A stretch of 54,705 nucleotides of DNA, taken from positions 1-54,705 of IMG/VR virus record IMGVR_UViG_3300043444_000172, one strand, 5' to 3'. Of this stretch, positions 20,411 to 30,482 are shown in pieces. The translations under genes and the position numbers were made by a program. This DNA is from a virus (taxonomy: Duplodnaviria; Caudoviricetes). The notes beneath the pieces are model-generated. The model had not been told where the DNA came from. It saw only the letters and a program-made list of their open reading frames with translations, and did no database searches. Position 1 is the stretch's first letter. Every line of letters begins with the position of its first letter.

Positions 20411-21520
20411 TTAACTATAAAGTTTGATCTGGAGATTTCCAGATGCTATTTCTACTACGTTCTCTGTACCAGCAATTGTCTTGGTGGCAAAGAGAGTCCA
20501 GGTTCCTGGATCTACCATACCCAAAGCTGAGAAAGCCTTGTCGTATGAAACCGTGAATGATACAACGTTAGAGGTTGTATTTACTGTAATGCTAGAAGAA
20601 TCTAGATCAACGGTAGTCCCACCGCTGTAGTTGTAGAGAGTAACTTCAGCTGCCCATCCCGAGTCAGGGAAGAAGTTACTAAGGTCAGCGTCTGTTCCAG
20701 TTGATGTCCAGGTTGCTGCAGTTGATTTGACAACTTCTAAATCGTAATCAGCATCGGCTGTAAGAGAAAGAGCTTTTGGAGTGTAGCGACGAGCACGAGG
20801 GTTGTCAACCGAGAATACCTTTGCCTTGCGACGAGCGTTATCTGGGTTGACAGTTTTAAGGAACAGGTCAACTGCGTAAAGACCAGTGCGAAGTTCGTCA
20901 ATGAACTCCTGATTGTCGAGGATTGTGTAAGAAACACCCTGACGAGATACAGAGGTCACACGCTGCGGGAGCATACACTCTTCGTCGCCAGACCAAAGTT
21001 TTGCGAACTCAATGGCTAGTGTGCGAGCTGCCATCTTACCTGCCATTGGAACGGCAGCCCCATATTCATAAGTGACTTCAGTGTTACATGGCGTCCATGG
21101 TGTGCCAGCCACGATGTGGATCGTAGAGTGGTCAACCAAGTAGTAGTTAGATGGATCAAGAATCTTTCCGTGCTTATTACGGATCGAGTGAATCTTAAGA
21201 ACTGGACGACCACGGAGCTTGATACGAGCATCTGGAGACATACCATCAGTCATAAGTTCCGAGTATTCGTCATAGTCATCAGTCGGAATGTTGTAGACAT
21301 CTCCACCGAAAAGAATAGGACTGTTGGTTTTTACAGAAGGACCCATTCGGTTGTTGCGTAGGGTACAGGTGTATCGCTCTGTAACAATGGTAGTTCCGGT
21401 ATATTTACGGCCAGACATTGCCCAGAGTAGGTAAGAAGCTGTCTTGGCTGCTTCGTCAGCGTACTGAGTATTAGCGTAATCGCCAAGCTCTTCTGGTTGG
21501 ACCCAGTAGTTAACACCCAT
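20411..21520 (-). CDS. Head-to-tail adaptor with C-terminal Ig-like extension
   Basis: ASYLLWAMSGRKY and CMLPQRVTSVSRQGVS motifs typical of actinophage adaptors. Confidence 0.75.
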   Translation of the reverse strand: MGVNYWVQPEELGDYANTQYADEAAKTASYLLWAMSGRKYTGTTIVTERYTCTLRNNRMGPSVKTNSPILFGGDVYNIPTDDYDEYSELMTDGMSPDARIKLRGRPVLKIHSIRNKHGKILDPSNYYLVDHSTIHIVAGTPWTPCNTEVTYEYGAAVPMAGKMAARTLAIEFAKLWSGDEECMLPQRVTSVSRQGVSYTILDNQEFIDELRTGLYAVDLFLKTVNPDNARRKAKVFSVDNPRARRYTPKALSLTADADYDLEVVKSTAATWTSTGTDADLSNFFPDSGWAAEVTLYNYSGGTTVDLDSSSITVNTTSNVVSFTVSYDKAFSALGMVDPGTWTLFATKTIAGTENVVEIASGNLQIKLYS

Positions 21521-21545
21521 GAGACTCTTCTCCTAGATAAGAATT

Positions 21546-21586
21546 AAGCGGCTGGTTGGCATGCTCGCACACCAACCATGCCGCTT
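21546..21586 (-). terminator. Stem-loop downstream of the major tail protein gene
   Basis: aagcggc-tggttgg ... ccaacca-t-gccgctt inverted repeat, followed on the minus strand by aattcttatct (weak U tract). Confidence 0.6.
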
Positions 21587-21599
21587 CATTCTTAGTTTA

Positions 21600-22727
21600 T
21601 TACTCTTCGTTGCTCTTGATAATAAAGTCGATGTTGTTATCAGAGTTGTAGTCAGCGTTACCAGGAACGTTGTAGGTACCAGTACCAGTTCCGTTAGCGT
21701 AAGCTGTGTCGATTGCAGCCGAGGTAACAGCTGCGTAAGCAGGAGCCTCTGCAGCACTGTCAACTACAGTAACGCGGCTATCCTTGGTAAGGGTAGCAGT
21801 GATCTGAGTTGTTCCAACGTTAGCGACTGTGTAGGTAAGAGTGTTACCGCTAGCAGTAGCCGATACACCATCAGATCCAGTGTTGAATGGGTCTCCAACA
21901 TTAGTTACCATGATGAAGTCACCAGTAGCGACCTCTGCCGAAGAAGCTGAAGCGCTGAGTGTAATGGTGGCTGTAGTGTTAACAGCTGTAATGCTGCTAA
22001 CAGTAATCGTGGTAGCACCCTGGATTCCAGACTTGGTGAAGTAAATCTGCTGATCAACCGAGTTGTCAGACCAGGTGTAGAAGCCCTGAAGACCCTGAGG
22101 AGCCCAGCTTGTACGTGCGTATGAGTAAGGACGCTCAGCAGCAACTGGGAACTCCCAGCGGCCATCTGCACCGGCACCAAAGTTAACGTTTCCAAGACCG
22201 TAGCCTTCGAAGGTGGTTGCAAGCATACCGTTTTCAATAACACGGTCGCCAGACTGACGCATCTTAGCAAATGGAAATACCCAGTGGAAGTAAGGAAGAA
22301 CGCTTGCACGCTTTCCATCCTTAACAGCGTGTGACCAAACTTCGATAGCGACACCGTTACCTGCTGGGTCGTCCCCAACACCTGGAGCAGCCCAACCGAC
22401 AGACTTTGAAACGCCATCGATAGTCTTGCGAAGAAGTAGACCACCAGAAAGCAACTGTGAAAGCTCAGAGTCTGGCTCACAGATAGCAAGTTCCATGGTG
22501 ATACGCTTTAGTACGTCTGGAGACTTGTAGGTCACACAAACGATACCGTTAGCGTTCTTCTCGGTGATTTCGTCACCTTCTTCATACTCTGGTGTAAACG
22601 ATACACGCATGAAAGCTGATGTTACGTAGCTGTCACCTGCACCGTTCAGTAGGTTGCCAGCGGCGTCCAGGCGGGTGACGCGGATCGACACACCCTGAAT
22701 GCTGGCTGCATATTCTTGAGTAGCCAT
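21600..22727 (-). CDS. Major tail protein with C-terminal beta-rich appendage
   Basis: IRVTRLD..G, EYEEGDEITEKNANG..C, IEVWS and YFHWVFP motifs; highly biased codon usage. Confidence 0.8.
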   Translation of the reverse strand: MATQEYAASIQGVSIRVTRLDAAGNLLNGAGDSYVTSAFMRVSFTPEYEEGDEITEKNANGIVCVTYKSPDVLKRITMELAICEPDSELSQLLSGGLLLRKTIDGVSKSVGWAAPGVGDDPAGNGVAIEVWSHAVKDGKRASVLPYFHWVFPFAKMRQSGDRVIENGMLATTFEGYGLGNVNFGAGADGRWEFPVAAERPYSYARTSWAPQGLQGFYTWSDNSVDQQIYFTKSGIQGATTITVSSITAVNTTATITLSASASSAEVATGDFIMVTNVGDPFNTGSDGVSATASGNTLTYTVANVGTTQITATLTKDSRVTVVDSAAEAPAYAAVTSAAIDTAYANGTGTGTYNVPGNADYNSDNNIDFIIKSNEE

Positions 22728-22746
22728 AAGGCTTTTCTCCTTATTG

Positions 22747-23832
22747 TTAGGCTGTTAGATCGACTCGAACAGCTAGGTGGATTGACGTATCAAAGTAAAC
22801 CGCAGCTGGGCGGATTGCCTTGAGACGCATGTCATTCGCGTTACCCGACACGTCATAAGCCTGTGCCAAGTTATCGTTTACGATATCTACATCGCCCAAG
22901 TAGACTTTGACGGTGCCAGTAGCGTAAATCCATTTTGCAGAGTTGGTTGCCAACATCTGTACATACCCAGTGACTGCTTCTTGGCTCTGGTTTGTAGCCG
23001 TAGCAATAGTCACAGTAATTGTGTCAGCATCTACCTTAGTGGCAACTGTTCCAGTTCCAGTCTGACTAATATTTTCTCCAACAATGGAGTACTTGATGCT
23101 ATCCCCGGCAGACAAGTAGTGAGCTGCAGATGTATTAATAGTTAGAGTCGTGGTTCCGCTAATTGTTGCAGTAGCTGCAGTAATACGAGGTCCATTGCCA
23201 GTGTAACCAGAACCTACGATAACAGGTGTCCCACCCATGGTTTGTAGGTGGTCTTTTTCAGTTTCGTGGAAAAGCATGTTTGAGTTGCTTGAAAGGAGTG
23301 CAACTACGTCGCGAGTAGCGTGAACAATACCTTGCTCACCAGCGTGAGACGCTCGGGCAATGCCGTGCTCAAGGATCGCTAGAGCACGCTTTGCGGAAAG
23401 TCCAGTGCCATCCAGTACTGTAACAGTAGGAGAAACTAAAGCTTTATTATCGTGGCTAGTTGCAATTCTAATTGCGCCATCCCAGAGCTCTTCTTCAACT
23501 GCTCTTTGGCTGGCATATTCACACTGACGCTTGATACGTGCAATACGGTCAATACCTAGGAATCCTAGAGTAGAACGGTCTTCTTGGACTTCAATGAAGA
23601 ATGGCTTAATTTCATCGTAATAGTTTACGGTTGTGTCGCCAGCAATCTGAGTCTCATTTGAGTCTGTATCGTCCACATTGTACAGAGCGTAAAGATCAGT
23701 CTCCCACTCCTGGGAGAATCCACGGACCCACTTGTCTTCTGGACCCGTGATAGGTTCAACTACGGCAAGTAGACCAAAAGCGGAGGGCACAATCTTTGGT
23801 GCCTCTACAACGCCATTTCTTGGAAAAGCCAT
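22747..23832 (-). CDS. Minor capsid/decoration protein
   Basis: Directly after the MCP. FGLLAV, AVEEELW, GIVH and TPVIVGSGY conserved-looking blocks with an inserted beta domain. Confidence 0.6.
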   Translation of the reverse strand: MAFPRNGVVEAPKIVPSAFGLLAVVEPITGPEDKWVRGFSQEWETDLYALYNVDDTDSNETQIAGDTTVNYYDEIKPFFIEVQEDRSTLGFLGIDRIARIKRQCEYASQRAVEEELWDGAIRIATSHDNKALVSPTVTVLDGTGLSAKRALAILEHGIARASHAGEQGIVHATRDVVALLSSNSNMLFHETEKDHLQTMGGTPVIVGSGYTGNGPRITAATATISGTTTLTINTSAAHYLSAGDSIKYSIVGENISQTGTGTVATKVDADTITVTIATATNQSQEAVTGYVQMLATNSAKWIYATGTVKVYLGDVDIVNDNLAQAYDVSGNANDMRLKAIRPAAVYFDTSIHLAVRVDLTA

Positions 23833-23876
23833 CTTGAAAATCCTTAAATTTAAAAGTCTGTTTTATTTTTCGTATT

Positions 23877-23902
23877 GGGGGAGCCCGTTACCAGGCTCCC
23901 CC
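23877..23902 (-). terminator. GC-rich hairpin after the major capsid gene (no U tract)
   Basis: gggggagcc-N8-ggctccccc, 9 bp perfect stem about 30 nt after the MCP stop. Confidence 0.6.
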
Positions 23903-23929
23903 TCAACGATTTCGCTATTTCTACTAGGC

Positions 23930-25888
23930 TTAGAGCTCGATAGTAGCGGCAGCGGTGTTACCGGTGGTGTCGCGTAGAGCGGCTGCAGCACCGTTGACGT
24001 TGATAGTCGAGGTGATTGCAAGCGACTCAATACCAACCTTTGCGACAGCTTCGAAGGTCTCAACGAACATCTTGTAGTCGTTGGTGCCGACGAGTGTCGA
24101 GTCGCGGATGATACCTAGGTCCAGAGTTCCACCGTCGAGGAACAAGAATGTTCCCTCCGAGAACAAGAACCAACGGAAGGTGTCTGGGAACTCGTTAAGA
24201 GCTGCAGAACCTGCCTGGTACATGTTTAGCGACTGAGCAAGGGTGCCAGTGCTGTCTAGAACGGTGACAACGTCAACGTTTAGAGCTGCTAGGTAGCCAT
24301 CGATTTCCGACTTCGAAACCGAGAGAGTACCGTCACCAGGCATAGCCAAGGTCAGGTCAGCTGCCATTGCGTCGTAAACCCAAACAGGGATTACAACCTT
24401 TAGGCGAGCCTCAGGGTTGAGACGGTGACGTGCACGGTAAGCAGCAGCGGCACGACGAACCTGGACCAAGAAGTCACGACCAAAACCGATTAGGTTAGTG
24501 GTTGTAACAGCTGTCGAACCCGAAGCAATCTGAGAAACTAGGTTCTCCTCTGCCTCACGAGCGTGCTGTACAAGAGCAAGCTCGTTGTGGCGAGCGATAA
24601 GCTCTGGGTAAGCACGGGTCATCAGGTTACCAAACTGTAGCTGTAGGGTAACAGCGTCAGTCTGGGCTGTGGTCTCGCTAGCAGCAGCAACGGTAAGCGA
24701 AAGCTTAGCCGATGGGCTAGGAGTCTCAGCCGAGTCGTTTGACGATGTCCAAACACCAACAGCACCTGCGTAGGTGGTGGTGTTCGAGGTTACGTTTGCA
24801 AACGTTGGTGGAACGATGTAACGGATACCGCCACGGTCAGCCTGGAAGCGAGGCAGAGCATCGCGTAGAGGACGGATCGAAGTGGAACCGATGCTGTAGA
24901 TGTCGTACTTGACCTCGAAAGGAGCCGAGTGACCACCCGAAGCAACAAGTGCCTCTGGGCCAGCTACTGCGGCAATCTTCTGAGCGTTCGACTCAGCGTC
25001 GGTGGTGAGGACGCGCTCCTCAGGGTACTGAGTGGTGAAGGATGCAACGATGTGCTGCTCTCCATCTCCACCGTTAACACGACGAAGCGAGTGAAGGCGC
25101 TTCTCCATAGCCGTAGCTACTTCGTTCATGCTTGATAATGCGGTGCCAGCTGTGTAGCCAGGGATGTCAGCACCAGCAGTAATTGCTACTGGAGCCTCGG
25201 TAACCTGAACAACAGGCTGACGGTCAGCTGGGGCCTCGAAAGGCTGTTCTGCTGCGGCGGTCACTGGGGCCTGCTCTTCCTGCTGAACTTCTTCAGCGGT
25301 AGTTGTTTCTTGGGTGGATGTTTCGTCAGTTGACAGTTCAGATCCGTCTTCCTGAGCAATCGATGCGTCCTCGGTTGCTTCGTCAGTTGTCGAAAGCTCT
25401 GCTTCTACAGAAACTTCCTCTACTGCCTCTACAACGTCGGCTGTTGCGGCCACTTCTTCTTCCGAAGCGTACTCAGACATTTTCTTCTCCTCGTCCTCTT
25501 CAGCAGGCATCTCCTCTACAGGAGCTTCCTCTTCAGCGACAGGGGCCTCTTCCATAGGAACTTCCTCTGCAGGAACTTCCTCTTCCATAGGCTCGTCTTC
25601 GTTCATAGCCATTTCCTCTCCAGTACTCTCAGCAGTACCCTTGACACGTGCGGTGGCTTCTGCAGCCTGAGCTGCTAGCTGTTCGGCTAGAGCCTCTCGG
25701 CGAGCTAGCTCACCACGCACGATGTCTAACGAGTCTGCAAGAGTCGTCATCGCGTCGACTGTCTCAGGAGTAGGGTCTTCGCCCTCAACCGTCTCGAACT
25801 CGCTGATGATAGCGTTCTGAAGCTCAGCGACTTGGTCGTCACTTAGCTCTGCTACGCCATCAAGCTGAGTCTTGATTTGGTCGTACAC
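23930..25888 (-). CDS. Major capsid protein with N-terminal acidic scaffold domain
   Basis: GTG at 25888 with AGGAGG RBS (ORF-track start 25930 is less likely). Coiled-coil and Glu-rich N-terminus; C-terminal FLFLDGGTLDLGIIRDS..N.Y..F.E.FE block; strong codon bias. Confidence 0.88.
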   Translation of the reverse strand: MYDQIKTQLDGVAELSDDQVAELQNAIISEFETVEGEDPTPETVDAMTTLADSLDIVRGELARREALAEQLAAQAAEATARVKGTAESTGEEMAMNEDEPMEEEVPAEEVPMEEAPVAEEEAPVEEMPAEEDEEKKMSEYASEEEVAATADVVEAVEEVSVEAELSTTDEATEDASIAQEDGSELSTDETSTQETTTAEEVQQEEQAPVTAAAEQPFEAPADRQPVVQVTEAPVAITAGADIPGYTAGTALSSMNEVATAMEKRLHSLRRVNGGDGEQHIVASFTTQYPEERVLTTDAESNAQKIAAVAGPEALVASGGHSAPFEVKYDIYSIGSTSIRPLRDALPRFQADRGGIRYIVPPTFANVTSNTTTYAGAVGVWTSSNDSAETPSPSAKLSLTVAAASETTAQTDAVTLQLQFGNLMTRAYPELIARHNELALVQHAREAEENLVSQIASGSTAVTTTNLIGFGRDFLVQVRRAAAAYRARHRLNPEARLKVVIPVWVYDAMAADLTLAMPGDGTLSVSKSEIDGYLAALNVDVVTVLDSTGTLAQSLNMYQAGSAALNEFPDTFRWFLFSEGTFLFLDGGTLDLGIIRDSTLVGTNDYKMFVETFEAVAKVGIESLAITSTINVNGAAAALRDTTGNTAAATIEL

Positions 25889-25985
25889 TAGACCTCCTAA
25901 GGTCAGTTTGGTTGATGAATGTTTTACCATTCATGGTGAACAATCAAGGCCGAGGGACTCTACAAAAATTTGCGAGGCGCTCTAC

Positions 25986-26001
25986 CTATTAGTAATTTTA
26001 C
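25986..26001 (-). promoter_or_regulatory. Putative promoter (-10 TAAAAT), copy 1 of GTAAAATTACTARTAG
   Basis: Minus strand GTAAAATTACTAATAG upstream of the MCP; near-identical copy at 39101-39116. Confidence 0.6.
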
Positions 26002-26009
26002 CTTACTTT

Positions 26010-29000
26010 TTAGGTAAGGAGTCGGAGCAGCTTACTCATCTGGGACTGAATCTGTCCCTGAGAGTAAACATCTGCGCCAGACATGTAGGACTTCAACTCT
26101 GCAGTTGCAATGTCTGCGTCCTCTTTACCGATTTTTGCCTCGACTCGAGTAATCATCCCATCGATGAGATCCTTGAGTCCAGACGGTAAATCGCTAAATC
26201 TTAGTTTTTCCGCTTCAGCACCGAAAGGTAGCGGAAGGTTGGAAATTACACGACCTAATTCACGGGCCGAGTTTTGAACGTTCTCTAGAGCCTGTGGGTT
26301 TAGAGCACCAGTATCTAGGCGGTCAATCATGTCTAGAAGTTCCGCACTAGCACCAGCCGACTTAGAGTAGTTTCCAGCAAAGTCCAGGTTCTCTGCTTCT
26401 TCAGCCTTTGTAAGAGCTTTCTGAAGACCGGCAACACCGAGGTCCTGCTTTAGGCGGGCAAGAACCTTGCGGTACTTTCCACGAGCGTCGCGAGGCTGGG
26501 TCTTTGGAGTGTACTTTGCTCGACCATCTTCGTCGTACTTGTCTTCGACTGTAGTCTTGCCAGCAGCAATGTCTTCAGCAATCTTGATCTCTTCTGCAGT
26601 CTGCTTCTCCGCTTCGGTCTTTGCCTCTACAAGTTTTTCTAGATCTGCATCAGAAATTTCTTCTCCTTCCGGAGCAGCAAACTCCGAAGAAAGCGAAGCA
26701 ATGACCGAACGCATCCTGTCAATGTTCTGAGCAGCCTGCATTGAGTGAGCGTTCTTCCACTGATCTGGAATTAGATCTGCGGCCTTCAGCTGACGAGCAC
26801 GCTTCATAATGTGGCGACGAACTACAGGACGGTCTTCTTCTTTAGCACGACCAAATGCCTTTACAGCATTCTTAAGGTCCTCGACGTTGCGGATTGGGAA
26901 GGAACCATCTGCAAGAGCCTGGCCCTTCTTAGCAAGAGATGAACGCTCTTCTTCGCCAATCTTGGCAAGTTCTGCAACAGCAGAAGCTACTAGAGCACGC
27001 TCACGAATGTCGTCCAAAGCAGCAGACGCAGCTACTGTCTTAGGCTTCTTCCACTCGTCTGGAATCAGGTCATACTTACCAAGAGCACGAGCACGCTTGA
27101 TGATGTGCCTCTTTGCGGCAGCAATGTCTTTAGCACGACCGTGAGCTTGAATAGCGTTCTTTAGATCTTCTACGTTGCGGATAGGGAAAGAGCCATCCTT
27201 CATGGCTTTACCTTCTTTAGCAAGAACATCACGCTTTTCACGGTTGATGTAGCCAAACTGAGTCTCAAAACGAGTCATAACGTCAGCAGAAGCTGCGCTC
27301 AGTTCGTTTAGCTTTGCAGCACGATCTACAAGACTAGTGACGTGCTGGCTCTTCATAATTGCAAAGTAGCTAGCACCAGCGGCAACCAGAGCCATGACCT
27401 TACCAGAAGCAACCATTGCACGAGCGATTGGGAAACCTGGAACGTTGACCTGGCAGACAGCAACAAGCTCAAGTGAGCCGTTGATTGGACGCCAGTCACC
27501 CGAAGGAGCAGATGCACGAAGTGCACGAATCTGCATCTCGTTAGCGTCTGGGCGTAGCGAACCTGCTACCCAGATACCGTACTGGTCTTCTCCAGCGTGG
27601 ACGTCAGCGATAGCTGATGCGGTGTCGTCGTAGTGCTTGGCTGCCGATATAGCATCTGCCTGAAGCGGTGCGTGACCACCAGCAAGAGTTAGCTGACCAA
27701 CAGGAACGTCCTTACCAGTGTCGGTGCGAACAACACCAGTGTGGAAGTACGAGTAGTTACTCTTCGAACGAGGAGGACGAGTCGAGCGAGGCATACCGAT
27801 GTGGTTTACATGCCAGGCTGCAATGTGTCCGTAGATTCGACCGTTAGGCTCTACTGTGATAGGAGTCGGCTTAGTTAGTCCAGGGTTACCAAACCAGTCG
27901 GTTGGCGGGGTCATCGGAATCTCTGACTCTAGGAATCCCGATGCTGTGAGTGCTTCAGCGGCAACAAAAGAGTCGATGGACTCTTCGTATATTCCGTCTT
28001 CAGGAATCAACTGATCCTCCTGGTTATTTGAGTAGCCCTCGTTAATAGAAATTGTGCACTCTTGAAATGCGGGCTTAGCTACAATTGTAGCAGCCATTAC
28101 ACGTGCGTGATTTATGGTAAGTTTCTGCTTACCTACCTCATCCTCGTTCGCATTCTCGTTCTTGTGCTCTTTGGCCTCAAACTGGTCAAGATCAGCAGAA
28201 ACTCCACGAATAAACCCATTACGGACTAGACGCTCTGCCTCACGGCCGTAAGGTCCGGTATCGAAAACACCATAAGCGTTTCCAATACCGTTGTCGATAC
28301 GCTCCATGTAGTCGATACGACCGACTACTACAGAACCCGAGTGACCTTCAGCGGTTTTGATTTGCCACAGGAGAGGAAGTGGTAATTCTCTAAAATGGAC
28401 TGCATCCTTCTTGAATTTACGTCCATCGCCAGATTCTAGATCTTCTGGGAGCAACAAAGGAATAGAGAACTTTGCACCAGACTCCATCGAGGCACCAGCC
28501 ACGATTCCGGTGATTCTCTCCTTTGCGGCCTTAGCCGAAGCGACTAAGTACGCCTTATTGATTACAGAATCTACGTACTCGTCTTCCATAGAAAACTGCT
28601 GTCCAAAGTTGTTATCGTTGCCTGGGTTGAAACGGCTGCCAGTGTAGACGCCAGTAACTTCCTTGTGACGAAGCTGGCAGTAACCCTTAGCGCGTGGGCC
28701 CATATACTTTGAAAGTTGACGGACGCAGCGAGTCCAGTCGCCAGGAGTACCCCAGCGAATCTTGGCAGCACCCTTACCTACAGTCCAGTAGCGGCGAAGC
28801 TCTTCAGCGTTACCGCGGTTACGGTCTAGGCCACCGGCTGCAAGAATCGAATCCTGATCGCCATACCAGAAACTGAGAAGGTGTTCGTAGGCAGCAGAAG
28901 CTGTAGTCGACTCTTCTTCTCCAGACTCGGTGGCTCCAATGCCATCTACTTGCTTAAGGATGTTGTCTACAAGTTCCTTAGTGTCAAGTTTGACAATAGG

Positions 29001-30482
29001 AGGAGGGGTAGCAGACTGAAGGTCTAGAAGAATCTGCTCGTCTAGTACCCACTGCTTATCTACTCTTTTGTAGACAGTAGGCTCGGTTGTGGTCGCTGTC
29101 TTAGGGACCAGAGCAATAACATCCATAACGGCCTGAGGGTCGTCAGGAGAAACAATAGCAATGTACTTAGGCTCCACATCGCTAGTCTTTGGAGTCATTG
29201 GTGGCTCTTCTTCAGCAAGCTCTTCTGCAGAAGCAATCATGGTTGACTTCTGACGAAGCTCTGCTACAGCATTAGACCACTGCACAAACATCTCGCCAAT
29301 TTCCTGCTTTGTCATAGGAGCAGGGCCTTCAGAGAGTACAGCTCTAGGAGTCAGAGTCTCAACCTTAGGCTGTCCTAGGATGCCCTTCGTGCTGATTGGC
29401 TTAATTGGAGGAAGAACCTTAACTGGAGTTACGTCAGCGTCGCTGTCTTCCATCTTTGTGTCAGAGATTCCGGCTGCAGTCATAACAGTGTCATAGAAAC
29501 TAGCATCTAGCTGACCCATTGCAGTAGCAAACATCTGCGCCTCTTCAGAGTCGATGTCTTCTAGCTGAATCTTCCTGTACGGAGCCTCCTGCATAAGAGC
29601 AGAAATAACTACAGCAGAGCTAGGGTCGACCATTACGTGAGTCTTTTCAACCCGGTCGTATGGGTCATCTAGTGCAGAATCGTAAGCATAGATGTCACCA
29701 TCTACGTAACCTAGGTCATCCCACGAGCAGTCGTCCCAGACATAGACATGTCCATCGATCTCGATCTTGTAAAGCCTATCGATTCCAGAACCATCTAGGC
29801 AAACACGAATTAGGAACTCTGGACCGTAGTTTGCTTCTAGGTCATATGCACTCTTAAATGCATCTACATCCGACTCGTAGTCATCTTCATAGTGATCTAG
29901 GTGGTCTTCGTAGCCGGGAATGTTGTATCCGCCAGCTGTGACCGAAAGTTCTTTTTCTCTCTCAACGATTGCCTTAGCCCAACGCCATGCAGCGTCACCG
30001 CCCCACAAGGCCCACGCGATTCGTCCGTTGCTAGGAAAGCCATCTTCTCCTGGCTCCCAGCCCTTGCCCTGCTTGTCTACTTCGTGACGAGGGAAGTACT
30101 TTGCGATGTGGCGAACCTTGGCTAGGCCAATCTGACCACCCTTAGCAAGAGTGCGAGCGGTGTTGAGACCTACAGGAGTTCCACCACGCTTGTGCTCTTT
30201 ACGCCACTTAAGTGCTTTGACAGCTTCGTTCTTTACGCCATCTGGAATGGTGTACATTCTGCTAGCAGATGCGACGATTGGGTTAGCAAAGTCGTAAAGA
30301 GCAACAGTAGCCAATTCCATGGCTGTGTCTGGAGTCTCTGGGTTAACAGTCCAGCCGCTCTTTCTAATGTTAGAAAGTGCACCAATTTCTGTAACCATGT
30401 TCAAATCGGTGTCCACAATTACGCTGTAGTTTCCGACAGCAAAAAGTGATAGGTTACCTATACTTCCTAGATACTCAACCAT
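26010..30482 (-). CDS. Multi-domain capsid maturation (prohead) protease
   Basis: Central ESGDGR...PLPLLWQ..EGHSGSVVVGRI...GVSADLD protease-like core (~28040-28480), immediately upstream of the MCP, with several accessory domains. Confidence 0.78.
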   Translation of the reverse strand: MVEYLGSIGNLSLFAVGNYSVIVDTDLNMVTEIGALSNIRKSGWTVNPETPDTAMELATVALYDFANPIVASASRMYTIPDGVKNEAVKALKWRKEHKRGGTPVGLNTARTLAKGGQIGLAKVRHIAKYFPRHEVDKQGKGWEPGEDGFPSNGRIAWALWGGDAAWRWAKAIVEREKELSVTAGGYNIPGYEDHLDHYEDDYESDVDAFKSAYDLEANYGPEFLIRVCLDGSGIDRLYKIEIDGHVYVWDDCSWDDLGYVDGDIYAYDSALDDPYDRVEKTHVMVDPSSAVVISALMQEAPYRKIQLEDIDSEEAQMFATAMGQLDASFYDTVMTAAGISDTKMEDSDADVTPVKVLPPIKPISTKGILGQPKVETLTPRAVLSEGPAPMTKQEIGEMFVQWSNAVAELRQKSTMIASAEELAEEEPPMTPKTSDVEPKYIAIVSPDDPQAVMDVIALVPKTATTTEPTVYKRVDKQWVLDEQILLDLQSATPPPIVKLDTKELVDNILKQVDGIGATESGEEESTTASAAYEHLLSFWYGDQDSILAAGGLDRNRGNAEELRRYWTVGKGAAKIRWGTPGDWTRCVRQLSKYMGPRAKGYCQLRHKEVTGVYTGSRFNPGNDNNFGQQFSMEDEYVDSVINKAYLVASAKAAKERITGIVAGASMESGAKFSIPLLLPEDLESGDGRKFKKDAVHFRELPLPLLWQIKTAEGHSGSVVVGRIDYMERIDNGIGNAYGVFDTGPYGREAERLVRNGFIRGVSADLDQFEAKEHKNENANEDEVGKQKLTINHARVMAATIVAKPAFQECTISINEGYSNNQEDQLIPEDGIYEESIDSFVAAEALTASGFLESEIPMTPPTDWFGNPGLTKPTPITVEPNGRIYGHIAAWHVNHIGMPRSTRPPRSKSNYSYFHTGVVRTDTGKDVPVGQLTLAGGHAPLQADAISAAKHYDDTASAIADVHAGEDQYGIWVAGSLRPDANEMQIRALRASAPSGDWRPINGSLELVAVCQVNVPGFPIARAMVASGKVMALVAAGASYFAIMKSQHVTSLVDRAAKLNELSAASADVMTRFETQFGYINREKRDVLAKEGKAMKDGSFPIRNVEDLKNAIQAHGRAKDIAAAKRHIIKRARALGKYDLIPDEWKKPKTVAASAALDDIRERALVASAVAELAKIGEEERSSLAKKGQALADGSFPIRNVEDLKNAVKAFGRAKEEDRPVVRRHIMKRARQLKAADLIPDQWKNAHSMQAAQNIDRMRSVIASLSSEFAAPEGEEISDADLEKLVEAKTEAEKQTAEEIKIAEDIAAGKTTVEDKYDEDGRAKYTPKTQPRDARGKYRKVLARLKQDLGVAGLQKALTKAEEAENLDFAGNYSKSAGASAELLDMIDRLDTGALNPQALENVQNSARELGRVISNLPLPFGAEAEKLRFSDLPSGLKDLIDGMITRVEAKIGKEDADIATAELKSYMSGADVYSQGQIQSQMSKLLRLLT
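26755..27245 (-). repeat. Tandem ~63 aa protein repeat in the protease
   Basis: AMKDGSFPIRNVEDLKNAIQAHGRAK...RHIIKRAR...DLIPDEW and ALADGSFPIRNVEDLKNAVKAFGRAK...RHIMKRAR...DLIPDQW. Confidence 0.9.

Noticed and set aside
21905-22489. 194 aa alternate-frame minus ORF (also 51512..52060 and 40370..40732)
   Set aside because: Out-of-frame overlaps inside well-supported genes, with Leu-rich translations that reflect codon bias
25300-25620. Repetitive cttcctct-type DNA in the MCP gene
   Set aside because: Explained by the Glu/Ala/Pro-rich scaffold linker, not a DNA-level repeat element
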